A stretch of DNA of 64,000 nucleotides from Octopus sinensis. Lineage: Eukaryota. The stretch covers positions 35,526,001 to 35,590,000 of the forward strand of contig NC_043012.1 of assembly GCF_006345805.1 (NCBI RefSeq), written 5' to 3'. Shown here one piece after another: positions 13,683 through 25,420 of the stretch; position 1 is the first letter of the stretch; each line of letters opens with the position of its first letter. Below the pieces are notes generated by a model, which searched no databases, was not told the origin of the DNA, and saw only the letters and a list, made by a program, of their open reading frames with translations. The position numbers and the translations under genes are program-made.

Positions 13683-14563
13683 CTGGAAACAAATCAAAAG
13701 AAGCAAAAAATGAAAATGCAAAGCTTCAAATACAGAAGAAAGAATTCGACCAAAAGTTCTGGGAACTATTTTCTGGACAACAACAAAAACCTTGCTAACA
13801 ATAACAACAACAACAACAGATTCATAAAAAAACAAATCTGAGAGGAGTTGTTAATAAAATATATACTTTTGTGGACAACAAATCTCCTTTTTATATTTAC
13901 AATAAAGCAATAGCTACACCATGGTTCAATTAGATTGATTTTTGATCACCATCAGGTGTGTCATCCCTGGATATGCCTCTTATTTGACCTACAATCACCA
14001 CCAGGTATCTTATTCTGTGGTATGTCCACTGTTTGACCAGTAAATACAATCAGGTGCCTTACTTCAAGACAAGACCCACTTTGACCTGTAATCACCACTA
14101 GATGTCTCGTTTCCAGTTAGATCCACTTCAAAAATCCCGAATATCTAAGAGGACATGTGAGAAATAAAACTATAAATATATGGACGAATTAAACCTCATC
14201 TTTTGAATGCATTGCCATCATTTAACGTCTGCCTCCCATGCAGACGTTTTGCATCTCGGCAACATTTCAGACCCTCACCATTATGGTAACATCTATTTTG
14301 CCCTTAATAACTTTGGACTGGATAGTTTTACAATACAACAAATCACCAGTTGTCTTCATTTGGCATCAACTCATTTGTAAGATCCTAAACATACTGAGAT
14401 CAAACCACCTCAGCTGTACCAATACCTTCCTTGGTCCACTTCTGTAATACGAGACACAGAAGTACAACTAAGATTCCCAAATACAAATGAAGTACCATCA
14501 CACTACCACTAAAGTACACTCAAGGTACCACTGAAATGGTACCACCACAAAAGTACCACTTAC

Positions 14564-14668
14564 CTTTAGTTCATATTCACTGGTGTCAAACTGTTCAGAG
14601 TTGTAATAAAAGGATTCAATGCTTTCCAGTATTTCCTGATCCACATGGGGATCCCGAAACTGTTCGGC
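14564..14668 (-). CDS. VPS50: VPS50 coding exon 3 (AEQFRDPHVDQEILESIESFYYNSEQFDTSEYELK)
   Basis: 105 bp, AG/GTAAG, phase 0/0. Similar to DPQAEQELINSIEQVYFS..FDIVKYELE of VPS50. Confidence 0.92.
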
Positions 14669-15849
14669 CTGCAAAAGAGGAGAAATATTTAGGAAAAATA
14701 TAATTACAGCCAGCAAGGGGTATCTTGAAACTGTCTGGTCTGGATAACAGGAAAATATTTGAGGAAAAAAACTGTGTTTTACTTGCTCACCCAGTCTAAA
14801 CAACTTTGAGATTCCCAAATACAGAAAGATTACCAAACAATGAATTCATGTATAGAAATGATATTAGGGTTAGAATAGACTCAAAGGGTCTTGCAAGCCC
14901 TCAACCAAGGAGGCTTGCAAGTTATTTGGTGCCCATACAAAAATCACCCAGTGCACTTTGTAAAGTGGTCAGCATTAGGAAGAGCATCCAGCCATAAAAA
15001 TCATGCTAAAACAGGCAATGGGGTTTGATGCAGTCCCCTGAAACATCAGGTCCAGTCAAACCAACCCAATTCTTTCCAGCACAGAAAACAGTTGCTGATG
15101 AATGAAAACACTATCATAATACTAAATATAGAAATTACTCTATTCTCAAATGCAGGATAATGCTAATAGCATCAACAGGATAAATTATCCAGATATTGGA
15201 TATTTTTCTGCAAAATATGGAGAGTTTATCCTGTGCATGCTATATTATTTGCATTATCCTGCATTTGAGAATAAAATGATTTCCAATACATCTCAACACT
15301 TCTAAAGCAAATTTTGTTGACTTTCATCCTAAGTCAAATACTAAATATATTTCAATATCTCACACCATTTATATAAATGTATATGTGCATGCATGAGGTA
15401 GGCGCAGGAATGGCTGTGTAATTAAGATGTCCATGTCCCAACCATGGGGTTTTGAATTCGGTCCTAAATTGTGAACTCTGCAGACAGAAAGTGAAAAATC
15501 TGTCATGCATGCAGCTATGTACTTATATGCTTGTTTATATAAAAAAAAAAACACCATTCAAGCGTGATCGTTACCAGCATCGCCTTACTGGCACCCGTGC
15601 CGGTGGCATGTGTAAAAGATTCAAGCGAGGTCGTTGCCAGTACAGCTTGACTTGCCCCATACCGGTGACACATAAAAGCACCCACTACACTCTTGGAGTG
15701 GTTGGCGTTAGGAAGGGCATCCAGCTGTAGAAACTCTGCCAGATCAAGATTGAAGCTTTGTGCAGCCATCTGGTTCGCCGGCCCTCAGTCATTCATCCAA
15801 CCCATGCTAGCATGGAAAGCGGACGTTAAACGATGATGATATCCTTGTC

Positions 15850-16400
15850 TTGACTTCATAGCATAGCCAGAGTTATAGAAATGAGTGTCACTGTTCTATA
15901 GATGGCATGCATCTCTTCTTTCCAGTCTTCTGAGAAAACTCATCTGGCCACGGGGAAAAATTAGCATGCTTTGAAACAACTGAGGGTTGGGAAAGCGGAC
16001 ATGAAAACCTGCTTTTCAGACGTAGTCTTGGTTTCGGGGTATGTTCTCCTTTTCCACTGGGTTCTGTTGTTGTTTTTATGGGGTATAATTATAGAGAAGC
16101 CACTTTTCGTTATTTCTGATGATTCTAACCAAGTGATGTTTGGCAGCAAGTCTCCCCTTCAATGACAAGCAGAGGGCAACACTTTGATTGAACTGAGAAG
16201 CAGTCAAATGATGCGGGACCCACTGACCAAGTTTAGATACTGTTTCTTGTTTGTGAAGGTGTTTTACGATCCAAGTGTCACTTGAATTGAACTGTTTTGC
16301 TAATTTTCTTGCAATTTAATTTGGAATTTCCTCAACTTCAGTTTTCAGAAGCTCAATATTGACAGAACTTGTTCATCCAAATTGAAGGAAATCTGAAAAA
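15850..16400 (-). pseudogene. Degenerate mariner transposase fragment
   Basis: Minus-strand translation ...SKLGQWVPHHLT...LVRIIRNNEKWLLYNY matches the mariner WVPHEL and RIVTGDEKW motifs; contains stops. Confidence 0.8.
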
Positions 16401-16519
16401 CTTGCCTACACACACAACAAAATGGTTGTAATAAGGTTAAAACACAAGAGAAAGGTTTTTGTTCTTCCTGTAAGTAAACCCCACCCATCCCGACCCCTCT
16501 ATAGGGAAGTGTTACTTAC

Positions 16520-16600
16520 TTTAGATTTTGTTACAGCTGGGTCGGAACTCAACTGTTGAGGGCTGATGACGGCTTCATCTGTAGGGGACTGGACATTGTC
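16520..16600 (-). CDS. VPS50: VPS50 coding exon 2 (DNVQSPTDEAVISPQQLSSDPAVTKSK)
   Basis: 81 bp, tttttcag acceptor and GTAAGT donor, phase 0/0, inside ORF 16499..16813. Weak sequence conservation. Confidence 0.7.
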
Positions 16601-16879
16601 CTGAAAAACAAATAAAATAGAAATGGTAACACAATGGTGGTGATGGTGAATCACAGGCTGGAGGTGGGTGTAATGAGTCGGTGAATGTTGGGAGGTGACT
16701 ATCAAGTCATTATCAATATATGTCATGTATCTCCATCCGTGACCATCCTCAACACACACCATCAATATACATCGTATACCAGTATACATTCCCATAAGAT
16801 AAAGATCTTTCACATGTCATATAGACTCACAGAGCCAGTTTCTGTAACATTATATACATACATATATCCCTGCCAACCC

Positions 16880-17045
16880 CTGGATGGGACACCAGTCCCT
16901 CGCAGGGTTACTCATTTTTGCCAGCTGAGTGGAATGAAACAACGTGAAATGAAGTGTTTTGCTCAAGAACACATGTCACCCAGTCCAGGAATTGAAACCA
17001 CACTCTTATGATTATGAGTCCAACACCCTAATCACTAAGCCACAC
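16880..17045 (-). mobile_element. tRNA-derived SINE (second family; similar body at ~34760-34840)
   Basis: Head TGGCTTAGTGATTAGGGTG..GGTTTCAATTCC (A/B boxes) followed by GTGTTCTTGAGCAAAACACTTCATTTCACGTTG. Confidence 0.65.
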
Positions 17046-18999
17046 CCCTCCACACTCCCATCTCTATTGTTGCCAATGACCATTCTCAACACACAGAGTT
17101 TAATCCCACCAAGGGGCATCTACAGTCTTTTCTCATAATCTCAGGCTGACTTAAGTTTTATGAGTGAAACTAGGTAAAGGGAAACTGTACTGAAACCCCC
17201 CATAGGTCCAACCATATCACACTGTGTTGTGCTGATTCTATTTGAGAATTACATTAAGAGCAGACATGTCTGAGAAACATTCAGCCGCTTACATGTTAAT
17301 TGAAGAGCAGATAATTCAGCTGATCAAACAACTGGACACTCGTATGTTAGTTTCAATAGAAGAGTCCATCATTATGGGTAAGACAGGTCATACCAAGATT
17401 TATAACCCCCCCCCCCCCCAATGATCAAACAAACTAATGACACTTTCTGAGCAGATCAGAACTCCAGAGGAAGTGAGAATGTCACCAAAGCAAAGATGTC
17501 TCTATTGTTTCAACTTGGGTGGATTACAAAAAAAGGGTACCTCTAGAGAAACAGGCCAACAAAGGAATTTCTAAGTGGTTGTTCAAACAGCCACCAATGA
17601 TAGCTAAATCTACCTCGAAACACACCTAAATATGTAAACAGATTGAATAATGTAGTCTTAGATGACATTATATCTAAAGCAAAGACAGGATGGGCATGAC
17701 TGAAAGGTCTGTTCTGTTTGTTCAGGGCTGAGGTGTGGGAAGGAGGCTTAACACACCAGTTATCTCTCACGTACTTGCTACTGGTCATCTTTAAATAAGG
17801 AAGGCCAAACACAACTAGAAGACAGCAAGTAAGGAACATTGAGAGAAATAACGTTTCTCATAAATGTTGACAGACAAAGGAACTCACTGAGGCTGCGGAC
17901 ATCGGTCAACAGCCTGAGGGTATCATCAGAATAATGTTGTGTGGTCTACCTACACTTAGCTGATGCATTACAGAGGGGGCAGGGTAGGTTTTATTGCATG
18001 TGTGTGTGGATCTTCGTCAGTAGCCAGAATTAGGTACAGATCAAAGACTGCTAATTGATATGTACTAAAAAGAAAAAAAGAAAACACATTGTCACAACTG
18101 AGAGTATTTGGGGTTAAATTTAGTGAAAGATGACATAAATAAGTGTTAGAGATGTCTTGTCCCTTACGGAAACTGCAGGAGCTGCTCAGAGGCATTGTAA
18201 GCTCTTCTGATGAACCCAACACTGTGTCAGAAACCCTTCTGAATCATCAGCCAGTATCTCAGAGTTACAAGCATTTTGTCCCTTAACCTGTAGGCTTTCG
18301 TCTGAGTAGGGGAGCGAAGACTGACTTAGTCTTCGCATATAGAACGGTTCCACCTGTGGTCCCTTGTCAATCATAGCCTCTTTCAGTTGCTTTTGGCTGC
18401 CTTGCCTATTTCCTTGGTGTCTTTCTTTGGCTGTTTGGGTTGCAGACACCTGAGGTTAAATTTAGCAACCGATAATTCTATTCTTAATAGAATCTACTAA
18501 AAACCAATAGAGAGAGGGTGGGGGGTAGAATGTTCACTTCCTAACCACATGGTCTCAGGTTCAGTTCCAAAGTGGACCAACCAAAGCCATACAAGAACTC
18601 CATCATGTATGCAAGAGAGAGAAAGAGATTCATTGTGAGCAAGTTCCTATTTTCCTTGTCTTCATTGGTTTACAAACAATGGCTTCATATGTCGGAGTCC
18701 TTTGATTGCAGTCCCGGCTACCTGACACGTCCTGACATGTTGCGTGGCCTTTGTAAACAAAATGTGCATCCAAATAGTGTTGTGTGTTTCTAGCTCTTCA
18801 CAATAACAAGTCCAAACTGAGAGACAAATACCTCAGAAGGAAACTGGATGAGGTCCGGCAACAGGAGAGCCATTTGGCCATAGAAGAAACTGCCCCAACA
18901 TACTCTTGTCTGACCCATGCAAGCATAGAAAGGTAGACATTAAAACAATGATGATGGTGATGATGATGATATGATGAAAAAGAAATATTCATTGAAGAT

Positions 19000-19490
19000 G
19001 AAAGGAAAGGTCTACAGGAGTTGTGTGAGAGATGCAATGCTGTATGGGAGGGAGATATGGTGTCTGAGGGAGAGAGAGAGAGAGAGAGATGGTAATTTTG
19101 AGAAGGACTGAGAGAGCAATGGTGAGGGAGATGTGTGGTGTGAGGCTTTTTGATGAGAGGAGGACTGAGGACTTGATGGGGATGCTGGGGTTGGAGGAAT
19201 CAGTGGAACAGCTGGCAAAGGCAAATAGAGTGCAGTGGTATGGTCATGTGTTGAGGAGAGATGAGGAGCATGTTCTGAAGATGGTGCTAGAGTTTGAGGT
19301 GAATGGTCAGCGAAAGTGAGGTAGACCAAGGGACAGGTGGAGGAAGAGATTGGGAGGATTGGCCTGAGAAGAAAGGATGCCTAAAACTGGGCAAGATGGT
19401 GAGATGGTTGCTATGGCATTGAGGTAGATCCAGCCACCTCTGTTAACAGGGACAAAACCCAGATTCAAAATGATTGATGATGATGATTTA
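19000..19490 (+). mobile_element. RTE LINE ORF2 C-terminal fragment with (GAT)n tail
   Basis: ORF 19089..19319 reads LRRTERAMVREMCGV...RVQWYGHVLRRDE...GQRK*GRPR, matching the RTE RLRWYGHV.R / RGRP motifs. Confidence 0.85.
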
Positions 19491-19494
19491 GCCA

Positions 19495-19726
19495 TACAAG
19501 GGTATGCTGAAAAGCTGTTGGCATTAAGGGTGTCACGAAAGGCCTGGTTGGCCTGGGTTTCTTCTGAGTTCTTTTTGACTGGGCTTAGAAAAACTGAAGG
19601 ACAGCTGCAATAAATGTGTGGCTTTGAGAGGGGAATACGTTCGATAAAATCATAATTAACTGATCCTCCTGTACTTTCTTTTTACCCAAAGCTAGGAACT
19701 TTTCATCATGCACCCCACCCCTTGTA
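19495..19726. mobile_element. mariner-type MITE
   Basis: Ends TACAAGGGTATGCTGAAAAG and (reverse complement) TACAAGGGG..GCATGATGAAAAG, with TA at both termini. Confidence 0.55.
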
Positions 19727-19910
19727 TATGTGCATCTACACTGTTCATGCCACACATTCTGCATTGTATACACATATATATACACAATATACATATCTAC
19801 ATAGTGCACAAGTACCTCACCCATTATTTATAATAATATATAAAGCAAAGAAGATAGCAGTAGACATTATTTACATTTGACGGATATTTGTCCTCATCTT
19901 GTTTGTTGTT

Positions 19911-19956
19911 GACACAATATTTCGGCTGATATACCCTCCAGCCTTCATTAGGTGTC
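19911..19956 (-). ncRNA. Minimal type I hammerhead ribozyme motif, G5A variant
   Basis: GACAC-CUAAUGA-A-GGCUG[loop]CAGCC-GAA-AUAU-U-GUGUC; stems I and II are perfectly complementary. Confidence 0.6.
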
Positions 19957-20196
19957 TTGGGGGAAATTTCAAACCTGGGTTCTCATTCCTAAGGCATTTT
20001 TCAATGTTATTGTTATTATTCAGGTCACAACCACTACGCCATATGCCCGTGGGCAATTATGGAGTGAATTTTAGGGCTTATAAATCTAATATTTTTCTAT
20101 CCTTCCTTAATACCAGTTCCCATTTGCTACTCATATCTGCACTCGGTCTGCTTAGGAGGTTGTTGTGTCATGGCATATGGTTTGAAATTTCCCCAA

Positions 20197-20242
20197 GACA
20201 CCTGATGAAGGTTGGAGGGTACATCAGCCAAAACGTTGTGTT
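20197..20242 (+). ncRNA. Minimal type I hammerhead ribozyme motif, G12A variant
   Basis: GACAC-CUGAUGA-A-GGUUG[loop]CAGCC-AAA-ACGU-U-GUGUU, with a palindromic ACGU in place of helix III. Confidence 0.6.
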
Positions 20243-21022
20243 AACAGCAAACAAGATGAGGAGAAATATCCGTCAAATGTAAGTAATGTAAATAATGTAC
20301 ATAATTCCTCATCTCTTAAATACAGAACAGATAGCAGTAGAGTATACATATACCTACTTTCAAATGTGGGAGGGAGAAAAGTAGAGGGAGAGCAGAGGAG
20401 GGGATAATGTCAACCTCTCAATAAATATGCAAATTTATGCATGAACATCACAATTTCAAACTTCCCTACCCCTCTCCTCTGCCTGCCACCCATTTATTAC
20501 ACATCAGATTAACTGCTCAAGTGTCTACATAGCAAATGAGGTTTCAATCTCAACTGAAAGCTCATTCATTCCATTTTACTTCTTTTCCAACACCAAGCAT
20601 TCCCTGTAAAAAGAAAGGCATGAACTCCATCTAATCACATTTTCTCATTCTCCACAGTCATTGTGCAAGAGATCGCTATTCAGTAAAGTAAGAGGATTGT
20701 CAGAGCAGTGGAAAAAAAAGAAAATTCTTTGTAGCATTCGTCCCAGCTTGTTATGATCTGAATTTCAATTGGTTTGATAACATCTAATCTCTTTACCTTA
20801 CAAAAGACAATGCACACACACATACACAATGTGCATGTGTACGTGTAAGATAAAGTGTAAAGTTTAAGTTTGGGGGAAGAATTGCCAAGGTTTTGGTCAA
20901 AGTACTTGACAAAGGATTTTGGCATAAAATACGAGAAACCTGTCTCCTCAAAGTCATATTTTCACATATTTTAAACTTGCATTGCAATAAACATCTGAGT
21001 AGCTCCTGATGTTTATTTCACC

Positions 21023-21056
<34 letters not shown>

Positions 21057-21290
21057 GATATATATATATATGTATGGTGGCACGTAAAAAGCAGGTGCAG
21101 GTGGCATGTAAAAAGCACCCACTACACTCTTGGAGTGGTTGACATTAGGAAGGGCATCCAGCTGTAGAAACAATGCTAGATCAGACTGGAGTCTGGTGCA
21201 GCCTCCTGGCTTCCCATACCCCAGTTGAACCGTCCAAACCATGCTAGCATGGAAAATGGACGTTAAATGATGATGATGATATATATATAT

Positions 21291-22060
21291 ATCATCGTTT
21301 AACGCCTACTTTCCATGCTGGCATAGGTTGGACGGTTTGACTGAGGACTGGCAAGCCAGGAGGCTGCACCAGGCTCCAATCTGATCTGGCAAGGTTTCAA
21401 CAGCTAGATGCCCCTCCTAATGCCGACCACGCTTGAATGGTGCTTTTTACATGCCACCAGCACAGGAGCCAGTCAGGTAGCACTGGCAATGGCCACACTT
21501 GAATGGTGCATTTTATGTGCCACCGGCACAGGAGCCAGTCAGGTGGTACTGGCATCGGCCACAACAATGATTTCACTTGACTCAACAGGACTTCTCAAGC
21601 AGAGTATATTGCCCAATGATTGAAGGGTACTCTTAAATGGGCTGGTTATGTGACACTGGCATAGGCCACAGCTATGGTCTCACTTGGGTTGCTGGGTCTT
21701 CTCAAGCACAGCATATCTCCAAAGGTCTCGGTTGCTTGTCATTGTCTCCGTGATGCTCAATGTTCAAAGGTTGTGCTTCCACACCTCATCCCAGGTCTTC
21801 CCTACACTGTAAGGGTGTGACACTTTTTCACACAGCTGTCCTCATCCATTCTCGCCACAGTGCAGTTGTCTCTCTTGCACACCACATCTGATGCTTCTTA
21901 TGTCCAACTTCTCTCTCAAGATACTTACACTCTGTTGTGTATGCACACTGACATTACACATCCAGCAGAGCATACTGGCTTCATTCCTTGCAAGCTTACG
22001 CATGCCTTGGCAGTCACAACCCATGTTTCACTGCCATGTAGCATGGCTGTTTGCACACAT
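21291..22060 (-). mobile_element. 5'-truncated RTE LINE (ORF2 C-terminus, tandem-repeat 3' UTR, GAT tail)
   Basis: ORF 21842..22024 (RNEASMLCWMCNV...LREKLDIRSIRCGVQERQL) runs into the common repeat tail. Confidence 0.8.
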
Positions 22061-22734
22061 GCGTCATATACACACACACATATATGTATGATTAAGATTC
22101 AATTGAATTAGGTACTTAAATTGAGGCTCCTTGTTAGGTCTGAGTGACATGCACACCCAAATAATATTCAGTGAATATCAGACTTGGTGCATTAGTGCCA
22201 GCCATATGGTATTCTTGCAGAGTCTGCAGATAGCAAGACCCAGCTGAATAAAGAAATCTGCACTTAGTTCTTCAGAATGGTAGCAGGATCAATATAAATA
22301 ATTTTACTCCATAAATTTAACCATGTCAAATAAGTTGAATTGTCTTTTATGCTTGAAGTTCCTGAATTCCTCTGAAGAAAATGGTTTCTTTGCAATGATG
22401 CAATGTTCTCATTAATCAATTAAAGGAGTCGTTAGAAGCGGGTGTAATGGATTGACACCTGTACCTAATATAAATTTTACTAAAAAAGAAAATTACATTA
22501 CTGCTTCTCAGTACCACAACTAACAAATATTTCTCTACCTAATTACTTCAACATGCAAAGTTCTTATTCTCATCCAATTAATAATCCACTGCTTTCACTT
22601 CAGTCAGGCATTCATTGAAGAACCCTTCAGTATATTTGATTATCAGATTTATTTCTACGAAGTTTTGGCTCAGTCAGATGGGTCTGCTGAAGGCAACAGA
22701 GTTGAAAATGCAAACATTCATCTTTTCCTTGTAT

Positions 22735-23180
22735 ATACACACACAGACATTTGTGTATATACACACACAGACAGACGTTTAGGTATATACACACACAGAC
22801 AGACATTTGTGTATATACACACACACAGACAGACATTTGTATATAAACACAGACAGACATTTGTATATAAACAAAGACATTTGTATATACACACACAGAC
22901 ATTTGTATATAAACAAAAACATTTGTATATACACACAGACATTTATATATACACACACAGACATTTGTATATACATACAGACAGACATTTGTATACACAC
23001 ACACACACAGACATTTGTATATACATACAGACAGACATTTGTATATACACACACACAGACATTTGTATATACACACACAGACATTTGTATATACATACAG
23101 ACAGACATTTGTATATACACACACACACACAGACATTTGTATATACACACACAGACATTTGTATATACACACACAGACGC
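22735..23180. repeat. Minisatellite, ~20-28 bp unit (ACAC)nAGACATTTGTATAT
   Basis: More than 15 visible units of AGACATTTGTATAT separated by variable CA runs. Confidence 0.95.
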
Positions 23181-24570
23181 ATGATCTTTCAGTTCTCATT
23201 TACCAAAATCCATTCACAAGGCTTCGGTTAGTCTGGTGCTACCATTGGAGACAATTGTTTCAGGTGCCATGCAGTGGCATTGAACCCAAACCCATGGAGT
23301 TGGGAAGTGAACTTCTTAATCACACAGCCAAGTTTGTATATCTTTTATCTTTTACTTGTTTTAGTCATTAGACCATGGCCATGCTGGGGCACTGCCTTGA
23401 AGAATACTTTTTTAGCCAAATGAATCAACCCCAGTAATTATTTGTTTTTTAAAGTCTGGTATTTATTCCATCAGTCCCTTTTGCTGAACTGCAAAGTTAC
23501 AGGGATATAAGTACACCATCACTGGTCATCAAGCAGTGGAGATAATGGATAAACACACACACACACGCGTACAATAGGCTTCTTTCCACGCACAAGGCTT
23601 TGGTCAGCTTGAGGCTGTAGTAGAAGACACTTGCCCAAGGTGTCACACAGTAGGATTGAACCCAGAATCATGTGGTTGGGAAGCATGCTTCTTACCACAC
23701 AGCCACCCTTGTGCCTATCTTGATTATATTTGTATAGACACACAAATACAAATGTACTTGGTGTGTGTGTGTGTTTGTGTGTATTTGTAAATAGTAAGGT
23801 AATACTATGTTAATTTGTAATAACCCTAATTATTATTGATGATGTATATCTAAACACACAGCCTAAACACTTCAGCTTTCCACCTGCATCATTCCAGAAA
23901 TGAACAAACCACAACAAAAACCACTAAACTGCAGGAGACGACAGTTGTTTCATGTCCAGGTTTAAAGTAATGGGGGAGAAAGAAGAGCAGGGTGAGTGAG
24001 TATCGAGGAAATTGTAATGGTCTTAAGAGGCCTTTCTAGGTGAAAGACATTAACGAGTCCTAACAAAAGGAAATGCACCAACCTATCGATTTCATTAATT
24101 ATTTTACATGCGGAAGATAAGTAAAGTCAATCAGATGGATCATTGATCGATGAGTATTGACATGTGACAAGACTAAAGAACGACAGAGAGGAAGAGGAGA
24201 GGTGGTGGTGGGAGGAAAGGTGGTGGTGGGAGGAGAGGTGGTGGTGGGAGGAGAGGTGGTGGTGGTAGTAGTGGGAGGAGACGGACTGAATGAAACGGGG
24301 GTGGATGACATTAATGTTTTGTAAGCTATGGTATTTAATTTTATTGGTCTGGACTGGCCTGGTGCAGCCTTTGGGCTCCCCAGACCCCAGTTGAATCGTC
24401 CAACCCATGCTAGCATGGAAAGCGGACGTTAAATGATGATGATGATGATGATGAGAGAAGAAGCAGAGCCCACAGACTTTGGAAGTGTTTGAGGCCAGTG
24501 AGGTTGATATTGTAAGGAATCCTGTTGAACAGCTGCAAGTCTCCTTCAGCAGGGAAACATGTGCAAGGCA

Positions 24571-24673
24571 GGAATTCCAGAGGAACGGCATTCAGGAAGT
24601 ACAGAGGAATTCCAGAGGAACGGCATTCAGGAAGTACAGAGGAATTGCAGAGGAACGGCATTCAGGAAGTACA
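24571..24673. repeat. 35-bp tandem repeat, about 3 copies
   Basis: GGAATTCCAGAGGAACGGCATTCAGGAAGTACAGA at 24571, 24606 and 24641. Confidence 0.95.
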
Positions 24674-25288
24674 AAACAATGCGTCTAATATGGTTTGACA
24701 GGAACCTGTGCTTCCTTTCTATGCCTGTCAGCGAAAGAGGAAGAGTGGAAGGAGAGAGAGAGAGAGAGAGAGAAAAAGAAAGAGGGTGGGACATGGAGAG
24801 AGGGAGAGAAAGAGGGGAGAGATGACACCTGCAGTAAGAAGATATTCAGGTTAATAGATTAAGGATAGGGTATTACAGGTGTGTCTGCCTTCCCACCTGG
24901 CCAAAATCTGGTATGGGGAAAAACTGGAGGTCATAAGCTGTGTTTTAAAATACACAATTTTGATGTTATTCTGAGAAAGACAAATATCCTGACATATTCA
25001 GTTCTTGTTCTTTTGTTTTGTTTTTCTTTCTGAGGATTATATACTCACACACCACAAAACCCCATTTGTGTTCTTTTCATACCTACTTCACACTCAGAAC
25101 CATCCATCCCTGAGGCGAATCTATGGTTTAAACTGTATTTGCTACTTACATATCTACATATCTGCAGTGTGATACCAACACGATACCTCATGGTTCTTTT
25201 ACCTGACTGCAGACCCTATGTTATGGCACCTGGCCAGTTCTGGCGTCCAGTATTTTGATGCACCAAGATTCTAATGTATCTTATATCT

Positions 25289-25366
<78 letters not shown>

Positions 25367-25369
25367 TAT

Positions 25370-25420
<51 letters not shown>

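Larger units (their letters stand above)
19864..20330. mobile_element. Penelope-like element terminal repeats in inverted arrangement
   Basis: Two ~110-bp inverted copies (19864-19976 minus; 20178-20295 plus) of CCCCAAGACACCTGATGAAGGCTGGAGGGTATATCAGCCGAAACGTTGTGT..., a PLE pLTR-type motif. Confidence 0.75.

Noticed and set aside
22735-23180. Regular repeat-spacer appearance, superficially CRISPR-like
   Set aside because: The spacers are only variable CA runs, the context is a eukaryotic intron, and there are no cas genes. The same applies to the 35-bp repeat at 24571.
25195-25275. Possible VPS50 first exon ending TCAG|GTAAAA
   Set aside because: No in-frame ATG resembling VPS50; 28277-28318 fits better.
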